Shown here in pieces: positions 49,801 to 58,893 of a DNA stretch of 64,000 nucleotides. The notes beneath the pieces were generated by a model that worked only from the letters and a program-made list of their open reading frames with translations, did not search any database and had not been told where the DNA came from. The stretch lies in the IMG/VR virus record IMGVR_UViG_3300004369_000004, positions 1-64,000 of that record. The stretch is one strand, 5' to 3'. Source of the DNA: a virus. The position numbers were made by a program, and so were the translations under genes. Position 1 is the stretch's first letter. Each line of letters starts with the position of its first letter.

Positions 49801-49862
49801 GCAGGTTTTTTAATTCCTTTTTTTACTTTGGTAAATTGTTTGTATAACTGGCTGATTTTCAT
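46800..49862 (-). CDS. multi-module virion cargo protein (zincin-like, GNAT-like and basic DUF5872-like modules; 1020 aa)
   Basis: HELSH...E motif; Y..L...SG..QS..A..LW pattern; C-terminal GLDRWFAEKWVDV...CRPSKRVSSKTPKT. Confidence 0.6.
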   Translation of the reverse strand: MKISQLYKQFTKVKKGIKKPANKAQSKKTNIPKSKTGLWNKKLNKVIVSSNRITMKGPNGEKDFFKRPVLGKGLQTGKTVVMQPGKEYKFPGDKEVLETRMQKGGLSRRQIYRDASAEVDRQTEALNTPEYKKLLQTEFYGPDSEDRPVQDMIDARRLNLDELRVDVPYMSFMNFGPSTYAKYKPGDHSILLKKGKYNPSFFRHELSHSLDSSYTPGATKVGDYFTQVLSQDLNSFINPPKRTKEYEYLSNPSEVKARLKALRDSSIDQGYELLQPGYDINNYKEGFSEGDKAQYKQLQDIGLSDNDINKYMYLFAKEDVAKQKIAQDGAEIPVDIDALYSRYQKDTTRYMQDGALEGTPEESLYPISEYQTRQYQAGGSLETSTAENPDRIAPVEITSKRAPWYKRMPRQIADRMGFYPYGYDTDPNDFSSQMARRISDATGGENWYKTGNDIAGSFAQVLTSPFTVPQLGMMYNLTGKVQTPSEAMDIQNPYGAFAVDAVLDPATIVGAASMVPKLTSKAAGSLAKLARRSATRSLDEVASPALRMTTPTSRIMDDVAGEASSAQPRQLDLFERAPQSQTTTSREFISGSNPNSVRVKPRPAVVNQSHFEMGSPKLSPQQREIAKLMTPEEYRNTVTDVYGRLKPLAPDQKLPGVVDIPREEYIDIFNRNLDLLNDEIIPANNVSGLEYRVQGLNPRGDELTIYTPRQRATFPLNDFQRQRLDLFRSNPNRYFDELLEEGTIERMHSLSKGFPDDPELFNLTINDLTTSALTKEELMKSLADRYNRVVGRNTIVEGPREWGVTTRPGLYRGDIPDITNKAYLRSIPGLQMSNSAAGVFPTEAVRIGEEVVRGTRSYKSLNDYLKRLDLGRVSSGMNTQSPQASGLWKNALEKGKATGFHGGHSSFNAALYQDGGMTVPGVNGTVVSSSFYDKKKQYKSGGQHGGLDRWFAEKWVDVKTGKQCGRQEGENRAYPACRPSKRVSSKTPKTSSELSSTEKAKFKAAKTSSTRIPYNHKRKK

Positions 49863-49866
49863 GTAA

Positions 49867-50238
49867 TTAGCACTTTTTAGATTTTCCAGAAAGGAAAGAT
49901 TTCAAACTCATCTTACCGCCCTTTTTCATTTTAAGACTCATAATACCTACACGAGTGGGGGAGTAGTTTGGGATTGTAGATTTTTGCTGAGGTTGTTGTG
50001 GCTGTTGAGGCATCTCCATACCCATCTGACCCTTACGCATTCTAGACAAAGTCTGAGCAAGTCTGGCTCTTTGGCCTGTTACTCCCTTACTCTTAGCTTT
50101 CTTTCTAAGCCATTCTTTGTCAATAGTTCCTTCAGAAGTCATAGCACCTGCTTTCTTAGCAGTTGCTCGCAAGGCTCCAGGCTTTTTAATAGCGCCTTTG
50201 ATCCAGTTACCACCCTTCTTCATTTCAAATTTTTTCAT
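49867..50238 (-). CDS. small basic protein (123 aa)
   Basis: NWIKGAIKKPGALR...RARLAQTL flanked by MKKGG motifs. Confidence 0.7.
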   Translation of the reverse strand: MKKFEMKKGGNWIKGAIKKPGALRATAKKAGAMTSEGTIDKEWLRKKAKSKGVTGQRARLAQTLSRMRKGQMGMEMPQQPQQPQQKSTIPNYSPTRVGIMSLKMKKGGKMSLKSFLSGKSKKC

Positions 50239-50615
50239 GACAATGTAAGCAAATATAATGTACTAGTAATCAGAGCAATGATTTCATCAATAATATTTTG
50301 AATATGAGTATTCTCTACTCCAAATACAGTACGATGTTTCATTAAGTACTGCTTCAACTGAGTAAGGTGTTGTTTCGGATTTACATACTCAGAAGAAGGT
50401 ATTTTAAAATTAACTATTTTACCCAAAGTGCCCATATAAGACTCAACAAGAGAGTCAGTTAGATCTAGCAAACCGTCATAGTATTTATTCAAAGCTTTAT
50501 GCTCTGCATAACTAGTAGTTTGTAGATGTACAATGTGCATTGTATCTCTAGAGTGAAACAGTTGACCTATAACAAGTTCAGGTTTAACTGTTGTAAAAAT
50601 TTCTTTTTCTCTCAT
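50235..50615 (-). CDS. ferritin/Dps-like protein (DUF5856-like)
   Basis: HIVHLQTTSYAEHKAL..YYD....D.LVESYMG...NIIDEI four-helix pattern. Confidence 0.75.
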   Translation of the reverse strand: MREKEIFTTVKPELVIGQLFHSRDTMHIVHLQTTSYAEHKALNKYYDGLLDLTDSLVESYMGTLGKIVNFKIPSSEYVNPKQHLTQLKQYLMKHRTVFGVENTHIQNIIDEIIALITSTLYLLTLS

Positions 50616-50617
50616 GA

Positions 50618-53600
50618 TTATATTGTTGTTTGGTTAGTTTGTGTGATTTGTATAATGTTGACAAATTTATATCTGTTGTATCTATCTTGAATTAATCTTA
50701 CTCTAGTAAAGTCTGATTTAATCTTATTCTTTTGGAATGACACACTTACGTTTCTTACTGCTTTGGTGTTAGGTAATTTATCAATTGGGTATTGTGCGGC
50801 CAAGTCAGCCCAGTCACTAGTCCAAAGAGATTGACCATTAGCTTGTGCGGCTATATTCCAGAATCCGTTAAATGTAAACTTGTTTTCTCTTCTAGACAAA
50901 ATAGTATCAATACCTGAAGTACCTACTCTAGGATATTGTAATTTTTGTCTAGTGTTTCCAAATTGCTCAGGAATCAAATTGACAATACCAGAAGACTGCT
51001 CACGATTATAAATAATAGCTTTTGTAAAGTTAGCTGTATTTTTATTCTTTCGATCTGCCGTGGACAGTGAGTAATAGTTTTGTCGTGTATAATACTCTTG
51101 TATCTCCGCAAACAAGCTGACCGAAGTAACAGTGTGATTAATAGGAATGCTGTTAACAGCATATTCAAGGATATAGGGGTATAATTTACCATAGTAGGTT
51201 TGATATACAAAAGGACTTAAGTTATGATTCCAAATAGAAGCACCTTGAGCTCTATTGATTATAGTTTGAAAATGTCCTAGTTGAGGTACAAAGAAGTTTG
51301 GCAAGAACGAATAGAACGAAATAAAGTTCTTAAGCTTTGGAGAGTAAGCTACTGTCCAAGACTTGTCCTCAAAGTATCTAGTATCGTCCAAACGAATTCT
51401 AGTCTTCGTATTACCTGTTCTAAGAACATAATAACGATAATCAGGATCTAATCGATCTGTTATGTAATCTACTGTTGTATTGCCCGTTCTGTATGAGGGG
51501 ACAACTCTGTAGTCTTTCTTAGTTATAAAGACTCTTTCAAAGCGCTCATCCCAACCCATTACAATACCGATGCCTAAAGAAGGTACATCAGTATCTACAC
51601 TAGGTAGATCTTTTAAGATTTGGAAAGGAAGATTTTCCTTAAACCAGTTGTAGTTAAGCTGCGTCTTGATTTCGTTAAATCCTTGACCACTAACTTGATA
51701 TACATGTCCACGCTTAGCATCTACCCAGAAAGTACCAAACTCAGTTCTTACATAAGCCTTATGTTGAGAACCAATATAACCAAGATCCGTATTAGACAAG
51801 TCAACAGGTTTCTGTTTAAACATGTCTGCATTACCAATCTCTAGTTGATATGGTGAGGTAGAAGTAAGAACAATTCTAGCATTATATACTTTGGTTGTGT
51901 TCTCAAACCTAGCATATACTTTTTCAGTCTCTCCCGCATTTAAATCAATTAAACGACCTCCCTCTTTCGGGAAGTCATATTTGTTACCAGGTCTGTAGCT
52001 CAACCATCTATCTGTAGATAGATTAGAGTTCATATCAGTAGCTTGATCAGAGTAAATCACTCTACTTTGGTGATTAACAATACACTCTAAAGAAGGATAC
52101 TTAAGAAGATATGGGAAGTTAGGAGACTTATTCTGAGAAGAGTAAGTTGCATTGTAGTGATAAAAATTATCAAACTTAATCGGAACGTTTCTTTCCTGCA
52201 ACCAATCATCAGGAATACCTCCACCTACATTAGGATAGAAGTTTTCTTTATCAAGGTCTCTACCATGTCTAAAGTGAGTATTAATATCCGACTCTACAAA
52301 GAAGATAGGAATACCATAAGAAGCTGTATAGAATGCTCCTCTCTTATAATATCTGTGCAATCCATGAATTGGATCTAAGGATGTTCTCTTTACAAACCTA
52401 GACCATATAACATTAATGCCCGAAATAACAAGAGAATTGGATGATAGAATAGCCAAAGCACCTGCTACTCCTGTAGCAGTAGTAGCAGCAACGGCAACTG
52501 CATAACCCGCAACTACTAGTAAAAGAGCTCCTGCTACGTCACCTGCATCTACAGTGTCAACATCATTTGATGTGCCATAAAAATATGTAGGATAGGCTAA
52601 GTTAGGAAACAGAAAGTAGTCGAATGGCATTTCATCTACAACAACTGCTCTTGCGTTAACGTTAACCAAATTTCTAGTAAAGAAAGAATGTTTTCTCTTA
52701 AGTGCAAAAGGAGTAATATAAGTATCTCCTCCAAAAGCAGGATAGTATTTATATTCTAAAGTAACACTACCATCTGCAAGTCTTACAAGATCTTGTTTGT
52801 ATCCAGTAGAGATATATCTCATATTCTGGAGTTGTCCATATTGATTTGGAAACTGCCTCTTCACAGAAGCGTAGATTGCTCTAGTTTTTCTCTTTTCATG
52901 CTCAGCTGTAATATCTCCACCATGCTCAGTAGCAATATATCGAGAGTCGTCTACGATTTGTCGTTCTGAGTGAGTAATTGGAAATTTAGTCTTAAGATAA
53001 ACTCCTGTTTCTCTTAGTCTATTATGAAGAGGAGCATCGTCAAATACTTGAACAATTCTTTCGTTGATATAATAACCAAGCTCAATAAATCTTTTAGAGT
53101 TTCCTTTATGCGCTGGATTTCTAAGAGGATCAATTTTAATAAACTGATTATAGGTAGCAATTGAATTATACTGATAAGCAAAATTTTGAAATGGAATAAG
53201 CTTTTCGACTATCTCTAGGATAATTTGCTCATTCATCATAAGCTTATCATATCGAATATTTATTCCAGATTTATTAGTTAGCCCAGGAGTAACGCTAAGA
53301 ATTTCTGCATCACTTTCTCCTTTAAACTCAGCAGAGAGAAGAGCTGATATTAATCCAGCATCATAATATGCTCCTTTATCTATAAAGCGATATTGGGGGT
53401 GATCTTGTACTTGCTGAAAATGTCCTCTAACCTTACCTACTTCTACAGTCTCAAACTTAAGTTCAGTTCCAATCTTAGGATATTGGAAAGAAGTATCAGG
53501 AGATACAAAGTTAAATCTAAAAGCACTTCCAGTTTCTCTAATAGACTTAAAGCCATCTAAAGGAGCGCTTATGTCTGTACCAAGATCAGTTAGACCAGTC

Positions 53601-56600
53601 TCAATTCCAAAAAATCCTAATCTACGGCCTCTAGATTCATAAGTCCATTTAACATCTTGTCTTAGATATGGATCTACTCTTAAGTCGTTATAGGGATAGT
53701 TTGAATAATAATATTTTTGGTTAGTACCAGTTGAGTTGTCTGTGTACGTTCCTACATCATAAAGAAGTCCTTTAGCAATTACAGATTTATTTCCTACACG
53801 ATTAGCTCTTACTAGCTCATAACCACAGATAACATCTTTAATAGGAATCTCTAGCTTTCTAATAGGATCATATACAGTATACTTATATGTGCCATCTGAG
53901 TTTTTCTCATTAAGCAAATTAATCATTGTTTGCTCAACAATTCTAACTCCAATAGGATAAATCCAAGATTGTGAGTTATTAGATACTTTACTATCTAATT
54001 TTCCAGCAGAAGGAATCTCATGATCGTGGATGTGCGTTATAGCAGAATCAGGAAATTTATGATGACGAATAGGCTTACCTCCTAATGCATCAGGATTGTA
54101 ATAAGGAGCGTTAGGATCAGTATCCTGTTCCCAAATCTCATCATAGCACGGATAAACTTCTTCTGATTCCCAGTATGCAAATGTGCCTCTCTTATCGTTA
54201 TAGATTGCACAGTTGTATTGTTTCTCAATACTATTTGCATCATCTATAGGTAGGGCAAAAGACTCTCCTTCCCCTGCGGTGTTATAGACCTGCCATCTTT
54301 GAAGTTGGTCAGGAATCTCACAATCTGTCTTTGCTACATATACATCCTGGTTAGAGAAAGAAGACTCAATAATAGTATCATCTGATGTTTTCTTTCTGCC
54401 TGGAATATGGAAGACATCTGTGTATTTTCCGTTTTTAAGTTTGAACTTAATACCAAATCCATAAACCTCATCACGTTGATATGTACGGAAAAAGTAAGCT
54501 ACCTCTGGACTAGAGTAGTCCATCATGCCATCTGCAGGCATTTTAACAGTTTCCCATCGAAGGTCTAGTCTAGAGGCAAATCTCTGGAAGTTAAACTTAG
54601 GATACTCCTCAAGATCCGCTAACATCAATATATCATTTTGCTTCTCAATAATGTTAGCAGTCTCGTAGTGAGGAGAACGAATAAGCGGTACTATAGAAGA
54701 AAATGTCGATTTATAATCGCCTGTATAAATTACTTGATCTTTGTCAGTAGCCTGATTAACTCGGTAGGTACCAACAAGGTGATAAGTAGTAGTAGTATTT
54801 ACAGTCTCAGCTACAACAAGATTAAAGTATTCAAAGATTCTAGTCTTATGGAATACCTCTACCTCAATGGCTTTAGAAGTAACATACTCTGTTTGCTCTG
54901 TAATAGCTCTTTCAAAAATTGGAACAGGGTTGTTAAAGTCACAATAATCAGTAAGCTCTAATCCTTGCTCATCTGAATAGGCAATTGCAAAAGAATAAAC
55001 ACCTGCAGGAAGTTGCCCTCCACTAGATATATTTACAGTGTGTACTTCAGGAACACAAAAATCTGGAAAGATCTTAGAGTCTTCGCAAGATTCTTTAATG
55101 CAAGTTCTTTCTGTTCCACAAGCATCTCTACCATAAGGATATTCTATTGAGAAGTATCTAGGAGGATTGTTTCTGCTTATATAATATATCTTGGTCTCAC
55201 AGTCATCTATGCGGTATTCTGCTTGAACAGGAAATGCCACGTCAAAGTTGAGGCAGCAATTATTTTTAGAGAAAGAAGCTGTTCCAGTTTCTGCAACATC
55301 AACTTCTTGAATTATATATAGTCTATCATGTTGAAGCTTAAGAGATCCTTTACGTGCTGTAAATCTCTTTTGTTCTCCAAGCATAAAGTCTGTTATCTCA
55401 TTACCATTACAATCGGTGTATGAGAAGTATTTTTCAATTGTAGAATAGTCTGTACCAGTATTGACTATAACTCCATCTGACTCTAACTGAATGCCAGAAG
55501 ACCTATAACCAAGAACATACTCAACGCAAGTGCCTGGACAGAAATCTAGACAATCATCTACTACAAGATCTTCATAAACACAACACTGTCCAGTCACTTC
55601 ACCATCTACTACTTGAGGAGTAGTTTCTAGCTTGTAACAACCCTCAGTACAATTCTCAGGATTAACCTGCAGGACAGTACCCTCAGGACATTCCTGAGTA
55701 AGGATCTTAACTAACTCAGTCTTGTTGTCAGTTGTAAAAACAAGATTCTCTTGAGCAGGTCCATAAATATCCTCAATTGATTGGGCAGTAAGAATTGTGT
55801 TAAAATCTGTATCATAGATTTCAGCTGCAATCATTTGCGCAACTCCATAATCCCAATACTCTAAAGAGATTGTATGATTACCTGCAGGAAGTTGAACAGG
55901 ATAAATATGAAATCTACCATAGAATGCGTGGTTTCCACCGCTAGCATCTAGATGATTCTGCACAAATGGAATGCTTGTAGTATCAATAGGATTACCATTA
56001 GCATCATATGTGTTAGGATCAATAATATAATTTCCGTTAAGACCTATTCTAAAACGGTTATCTGCTGCGATACCAATGTAATAAGTTTTAGTATCTTGAA
56101 TACAGATAGTTTGTTCATACCCAACCCATTGATTTGTAACAAGAACATTATTAAACTTTGTTTGAATTGCAATCTTGTTAATATGTCTCTGCAGATATGG
56201 TACACTAGCAGCGCCCCACCAAGAAGGTAATAAAGCATAAGTACCTACACCATCAGATCCCCAACCAGGCTCATATAAAGCGGCACTATAAAGTCCCCAA
56301 GCAGAATTAGAAGCAGGAGAACAAGTATAAGTAAGTGTTTCTCTTGTAGGAATTGTATAGACTTCTCTAATACATTGTCTAGTTGCAGCATCAAATGTGT
56401 AGCCATCAGGACAAGTATAAGTCAAAGAAGTTTGTCCAGAAGTTGAATTAACATTAGAGCCAGTTACAACTTTACCATTCTCGCAACCGCAATCTTCTGA
56501 TTCAGACAATACTACTTCAAGACAAGAGTTGTTTATATTAGTAACTTGACCGATGCGAGAACGTCCATCTGGATGCGCTAAGAACAAAATCAACTTAGAC

Positions 56601-56824
56601 TGCTCTACTATGTTAGTATAACCTACTACCTGAAATCCATCAAAACCTGCTTGGTTAAAATTAAAGCAGTTAGTATTACCAGGTTCGTTAGTATAAGTTA
56701 CAGAGTCTCCGTCATGACTTTGTACATTAGCATTCAGAGCCCAAGTAATTTGATTTTCTTGGATCTGAAAATTAATAGCGTCTAGATTAAGACCAATTAT
56801 ATTTTGATTTACCTTGTTCTGCAT
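50618..56824 (-). CDS. tail stabilisation / muzzle protein (crAss-like), 2068 aa
   Basis: Size and position after a ring protein; RDEVYGFG, IRHHKFP, FGGDTYI and GTFWVDAKRG blocks resemble crAss-like stabilisation proteins. Confidence 0.75.
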   Translation of the reverse strand: MQNKVNQNIIGLNLDAINFQIQENQITWALNANVQSHDGDSVTYTNEPGNTNCFNFNQAGFDGFQVVGYTNIVEQSKLILFLAHPDGRSRIGQVTNINNSCLEVVLSESEDCGCENGKVVTGSNVNSTSGQTSLTYTCPDGYTFDAATRQCIREVYTIPTRETLTYTCSPASNSAWGLYSAALYEPGWGSDGVGTYALLPSWWGAASVPYLQRHINKIAIQTKFNNVLVTNQWVGYEQTICIQDTKTYYIGIAADNRFRIGLNGNYIIDPNTYDANGNPIDTTSIPFVQNHLDASGGNHAFYGRFHIYPVQLPAGNHTISLEYWDYGVAQMIAAEIYDTDFNTILTAQSIEDIYGPAQENLVFTTDNKTELVKILTQECPEGTVLQVNPENCTEGCYKLETTPQVVDGEVTGQCCVYEDLVVDDCLDFCPGTCVEYVLGYRSSGIQLESDGVIVNTGTDYSTIEKYFSYTDCNGNEITDFMLGEQKRFTARKGSLKLQHDRLYIIQEVDVAETGTASFSKNNCCLNFDVAFPVQAEYRIDDCETKIYYISRNNPPRYFSIEYPYGRDACGTERTCIKESCEDSKIFPDFCVPEVHTVNISSGGQLPAGVYSFAIAYSDEQGLELTDYCDFNNPVPIFERAITEQTEYVTSKAIEVEVFHKTRIFEYFNLVVAETVNTTTTYHLVGTYRVNQATDKDQVIYTGDYKSTFSSIVPLIRSPHYETANIIEKQNDILMLADLEEYPKFNFQRFASRLDLRWETVKMPADGMMDYSSPEVAYFFRTYQRDEVYGFGIKFKLKNGKYTDVFHIPGRKKTSDDTIIESSFSNQDVYVAKTDCEIPDQLQRWQVYNTAGEGESFALPIDDANSIEKQYNCAIYNDKRGTFAYWESEEVYPCYDEIWEQDTDPNAPYYNPDALGGKPIRHHKFPDSAITHIHDHEIPSAGKLDSKVSNNSQSWIYPIGVRIVEQTMINLLNEKNSDGTYKYTVYDPIRKLEIPIKDVICGYELVRANRVGNKSVIAKGLLYDVGTYTDNSTGTNQKYYYSNYPYNDLRVDPYLRQDVKWTYESRGRRLGFFGIETGLTDLGTDISAPLDGFKSIRETGSAFRFNFVSPDTSFQYPKIGTELKFETVEVGKVRGHFQQVQDHPQYRFIDKGAYYDAGLISALLSAEFKGESDAEILSVTPGLTNKSGINIRYDKLMMNEQIILEIVEKLIPFQNFAYQYNSIATYNQFIKIDPLRNPAHKGNSKRFIELGYYINERIVQVFDDAPLHNRLRETGVYLKTKFPITHSERQIVDDSRYIATEHGGDITAEHEKRKTRAIYASVKRQFPNQYGQLQNMRYISTGYKQDLVRLADGSVTLEYKYYPAFGGDTYITPFALKRKHSFFTRNLVNVNARAVVVDEMPFDYFLFPNLAYPTYFYGTSNDVDTVDAGDVAGALLLVVAGYAVAVAATTATGVAGALAILSSNSLVISGINVIWSRFVKRTSLDPIHGLHRYYKRGAFYTASYGIPIFFVESDINTHFRHGRDLDKENFYPNVGGGIPDDWLQERNVPIKFDNFYHYNATYSSQNKSPNFPYLLKYPSLECIVNHQSRVIYSDQATDMNSNLSTDRWLSYRPGNKYDFPKEGGRLIDLNAGETEKVYARFENTTKVYNARIVLTSTSPYQLEIGNADMFKQKPVDLSNTDLGYIGSQHKAYVRTEFGTFWVDAKRGHVYQVSGQGFNEIKTQLNYNWFKENLPFQILKDLPSVDTDVPSLGIGIVMGWDERFERVFITKKDYRVVPSYRTGNTTVDYITDRLDPDYRYYVLRTGNTKTRIRLDDTRYFEDKSWTVAYSPKLKNFISFYSFLPNFFVPQLGHFQTIINRAQGASIWNHNLSPFVYQTYYGKLYPYILEYAVNSIPINHTVTSVSLFAEIQEYYTRQNYYSLSTADRKNKNTANFTKAIIYNREQSSGIVNLIPEQFGNTRQKLQYPRVGTSGIDTILSRRENKFTFNGFWNIAAQANGQSLWTSDWADLAAQYPIDKLPNTKAVRNVSVSFQKNKIKSDFTRVRLIQDRYNRYKFVNIIQITQTNQTTI

Positions 56825-56833
56825 CTAAGTCTA

Positions 56834-57670
56834 TTAAATAATGTGGTATTTAATAAATTTATTTCTACCCTTAACTACGCTATCAGCAGATTGCTGTTTA
56901 GTCTTAGTGAGAAGGTAAGAGAATGCTGCTTGCAATTTGCCCAATTGATCTTGTTTGTAGTATTGGAATTTTCTTTCAATTTGAACACTGCTTTCATCAA
57001 GCTGACTGTGCCAAAGAGTTTCAAAAAATTTAAATTTCAAATATGATTTAATATACTCCTCTACTTCAAGAATTTCAGGAACCAAAGGAATCTCAAACTC
57101 ATCCATTGGTCTAGAAAAATATCTTACGTAGATACAACCTTCTGAAAAAGAAGCAGACATAGTTCTGTTGTCATAGATTTGAATAATATCTGGAGCAGGT
57201 GTATTAAGATTAGCACATTCTTCTGTGCAAAGATGCTTAGATCCATGATACACTCTCAAAGGCTTAGGATTCTTCATGCTAATCTTAAAGCCAGGATTAG
57301 ATGCCCAGATTTGCTCAAATGTTTCTTCTTTAGGGTCACAAGTATCACAACCAGAAGTACACTCAATAGACTTATACCAGTACCCCTCTAGTGTAGTAAT
57401 ACCTCCATTAAACTCTATATTAGAATCATAAAGTGCTACTCTGTCCAATAATGCAAAATCACATGGCAGCTGTGCTTTGTAATTTACAAAATGCACAACC
57501 ATGTCTTCAGGCTTAAGAACCATAACTTTAAGCTTGCGCAAAGCCTGATCAATAAAAGTAGGAATAAGAACTTCACTAACAGCACCTGCTTCAAAGTAAT
57601 ATTTAAGCTCTTGTTTTACTTCCGCTATAAGAGGCTCTGAAGATATGAAGTTGATGTTTTCGTACTTCAT
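56834..57670 (-). CDS. tail ring / tubular protein
   Basis: AQLPCDF and YFSRPMDE..PLVP motifs; conserved position before the muzzle gene. Confidence 0.65.
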   Translation of the reverse strand: MKYENINFISSEPLIAEVKQELKYYFEAGAVSEVLIPTFIDQALRKLKVMVLKPEDMVVHFVNYKAQLPCDFALLDRVALYDSNIEFNGGITTLEGYWYKSIECTSGCDTCDPKEETFEQIWASNPGFKISMKNPKPLRVYHGSKHLCTEECANLNTPAPDIIQIYDNRTMSASFSEGCIYVRYFSRPMDEFEIPLVPEILEVEEYIKSYLKFKFFETLWHSQLDESSVQIERKFQYYKQDQLGKLQAAFSYLLTKTKQQSADSVVKGRNKFIKYHII

Positions 57671-58119
57671 CGTTTTAATTCGTTATTTTTAATTAATTTA
57701 GCTAGATATCTTCTATGTTTCTGAGACAGTCTAAACTTGAAAAAGCTTAAGACTGGGTTTTTCTTTTCATAAAAATACATATGAACCTTATAGATAAAAC
57801 CATCAGTATGACTATTCCTATATGGCGCATATACATTCTTTGCATTATATAGACCCCAATCTATCCGAGTTTTAGCATCTTTAATAGGTTTTACTTTAAT
57901 TAGTTTCAGGATACCAAGTTTTGGTATCTTGATTGTGTAAGAACCTTTTAAAAGCTTTTGAAACATTTTCTCATTAACCAACTCTGGTATACTTGAAAAC
58001 ATTTCATAACTAATATCAGAACGACCAGTATCTTTTAAAAACTCTTTATAAGCTCTTAGATTAGATTTATTTACATCTGAAGTAAACCTTTTTCTAGATT
58101 TCTTTTCTATAGTTTCCAT
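57667..58119 (-). CDS. IHF/HU-like DNA-binding protein
   Basis: Basic, with IKIPKLGILKL and IDW motifs; lies between ring genes like the crAss-like IHF homologs. Confidence 0.6.
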   Translation of the reverse strand: METIEKKSRKRFTSDVNKSNLRAYKEFLKDTGRSDISYEMFSSIPELVNEKMFQKLLKGSYTIKIPKLGILKLIKVKPIKDAKTRIDWGLYNAKNVYAPYRNSHTDGFIYKVHMYFYEKKNPVLSFFKFRLSQKHRRYLAKLIKNNELKR

Positions 58120-58121
58120 TA

Positions 58122-58763
58122 TTAAGGCTGCTCATCTCTATTGTTATCTTCGGCTTCAACGGGAATCTTATGATAATTAATCATATCCTGATTTACCATC
58201 TGTACCAATCCATCAACTAGATAAGGAGCAATCTTAAACTCTTTATCGTACATGCTCATGCACTCACTTCCATCTTCATCCTCAATAGACTCTGTAAAGT
58301 ATGCGTACATATTCACAGATTCTACATCAGGATCTAAAACATATAAATATCCATTACGGATAGTATAATATTTTCTGTTAGTCTTTACTCTCAGTCTTTG
58401 GTGATTAATAAAATCTCTGATAGTTGTAGGAAACAATTCTTCAGAGTTAGAAGTATTAAATACACCTTGAATAAAATAAGAATACAAACCTTCCTCAATT
58501 GTAGGCAACTTTCTTTTAGTTCTTCTGATATCACAGTTAAGATCGCATTCTGCTCCCTTAGCAGGAATTAAACAAATGCACTCATACGCTTGGTATAAGT
58601 TATCAGAAGCAAGAAGTTTTTTTAAGTTAACCTCTCTCTTAATAAGAACGGAAGCTTTGCTTTTTAGAGAATTATAAATGAAACGGTCACTGACAACATC
58701 GTCATCAGCTAAGAATTTATTAGAATTTTTAATTCTTGAAATTAAGTCACCGTTAGTCAACAT
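58122..58763 (-). CDS. tail ring protein
   Basis: SDRFI, RTKRKLP and YYTIRNGYLYV motifs; synteny. Confidence 0.6.
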   Translation of the reverse strand: MLTNGDLISRIKNSNKFLADDDVVSDRFIYNSLKSKASVLIKREVNLKKLLASDNLYQAYECICLIPAKGAECDLNCDIRRTKRKLPTIEEGLYSYFIQGVFNTSNSEELFPTTIRDFINHQRLRVKTNRKYYTIRNGYLYVLDPDVESVNMYAYFTESIEDEDGSECMSMYDKEFKIAPYLVDGLVQMVNQDMINYHKIPVEAEDNNRDEQP

Positions 58764-58777
58764 AATACCGCTTATTA

Positions 58778-58807
58778 CAAATATACTTAAATTTTAATTT
58801 TAGTCAA
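58778..58807 (-). promoter_or_regulatory. Bacteroidota promoter TTG-N19-TATATTTG
   Basis: CAAATATA at 58778-58785 and CAA at 58805-58807. Confidence 0.8.
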
Positions 58808-58818
58808 GTTTTCTTTAA

Positions 58819-58853
58819 ACTAGTAGAGCCTAGTTACCTAGGCTCTTTCTAGT
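58819..58853 (-). terminator. stem-loop, probable terminator
   Basis: ACTAGTAGAGCCTAG-ttac-CTAGGCTCTTTCTAGT, intergenic and just upstream of the promoter. Confidence 0.6.
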
Positions 58854-58893
58854 AATTAGACAGGGAAACCAACCAACAAATCCTGCCAATATC

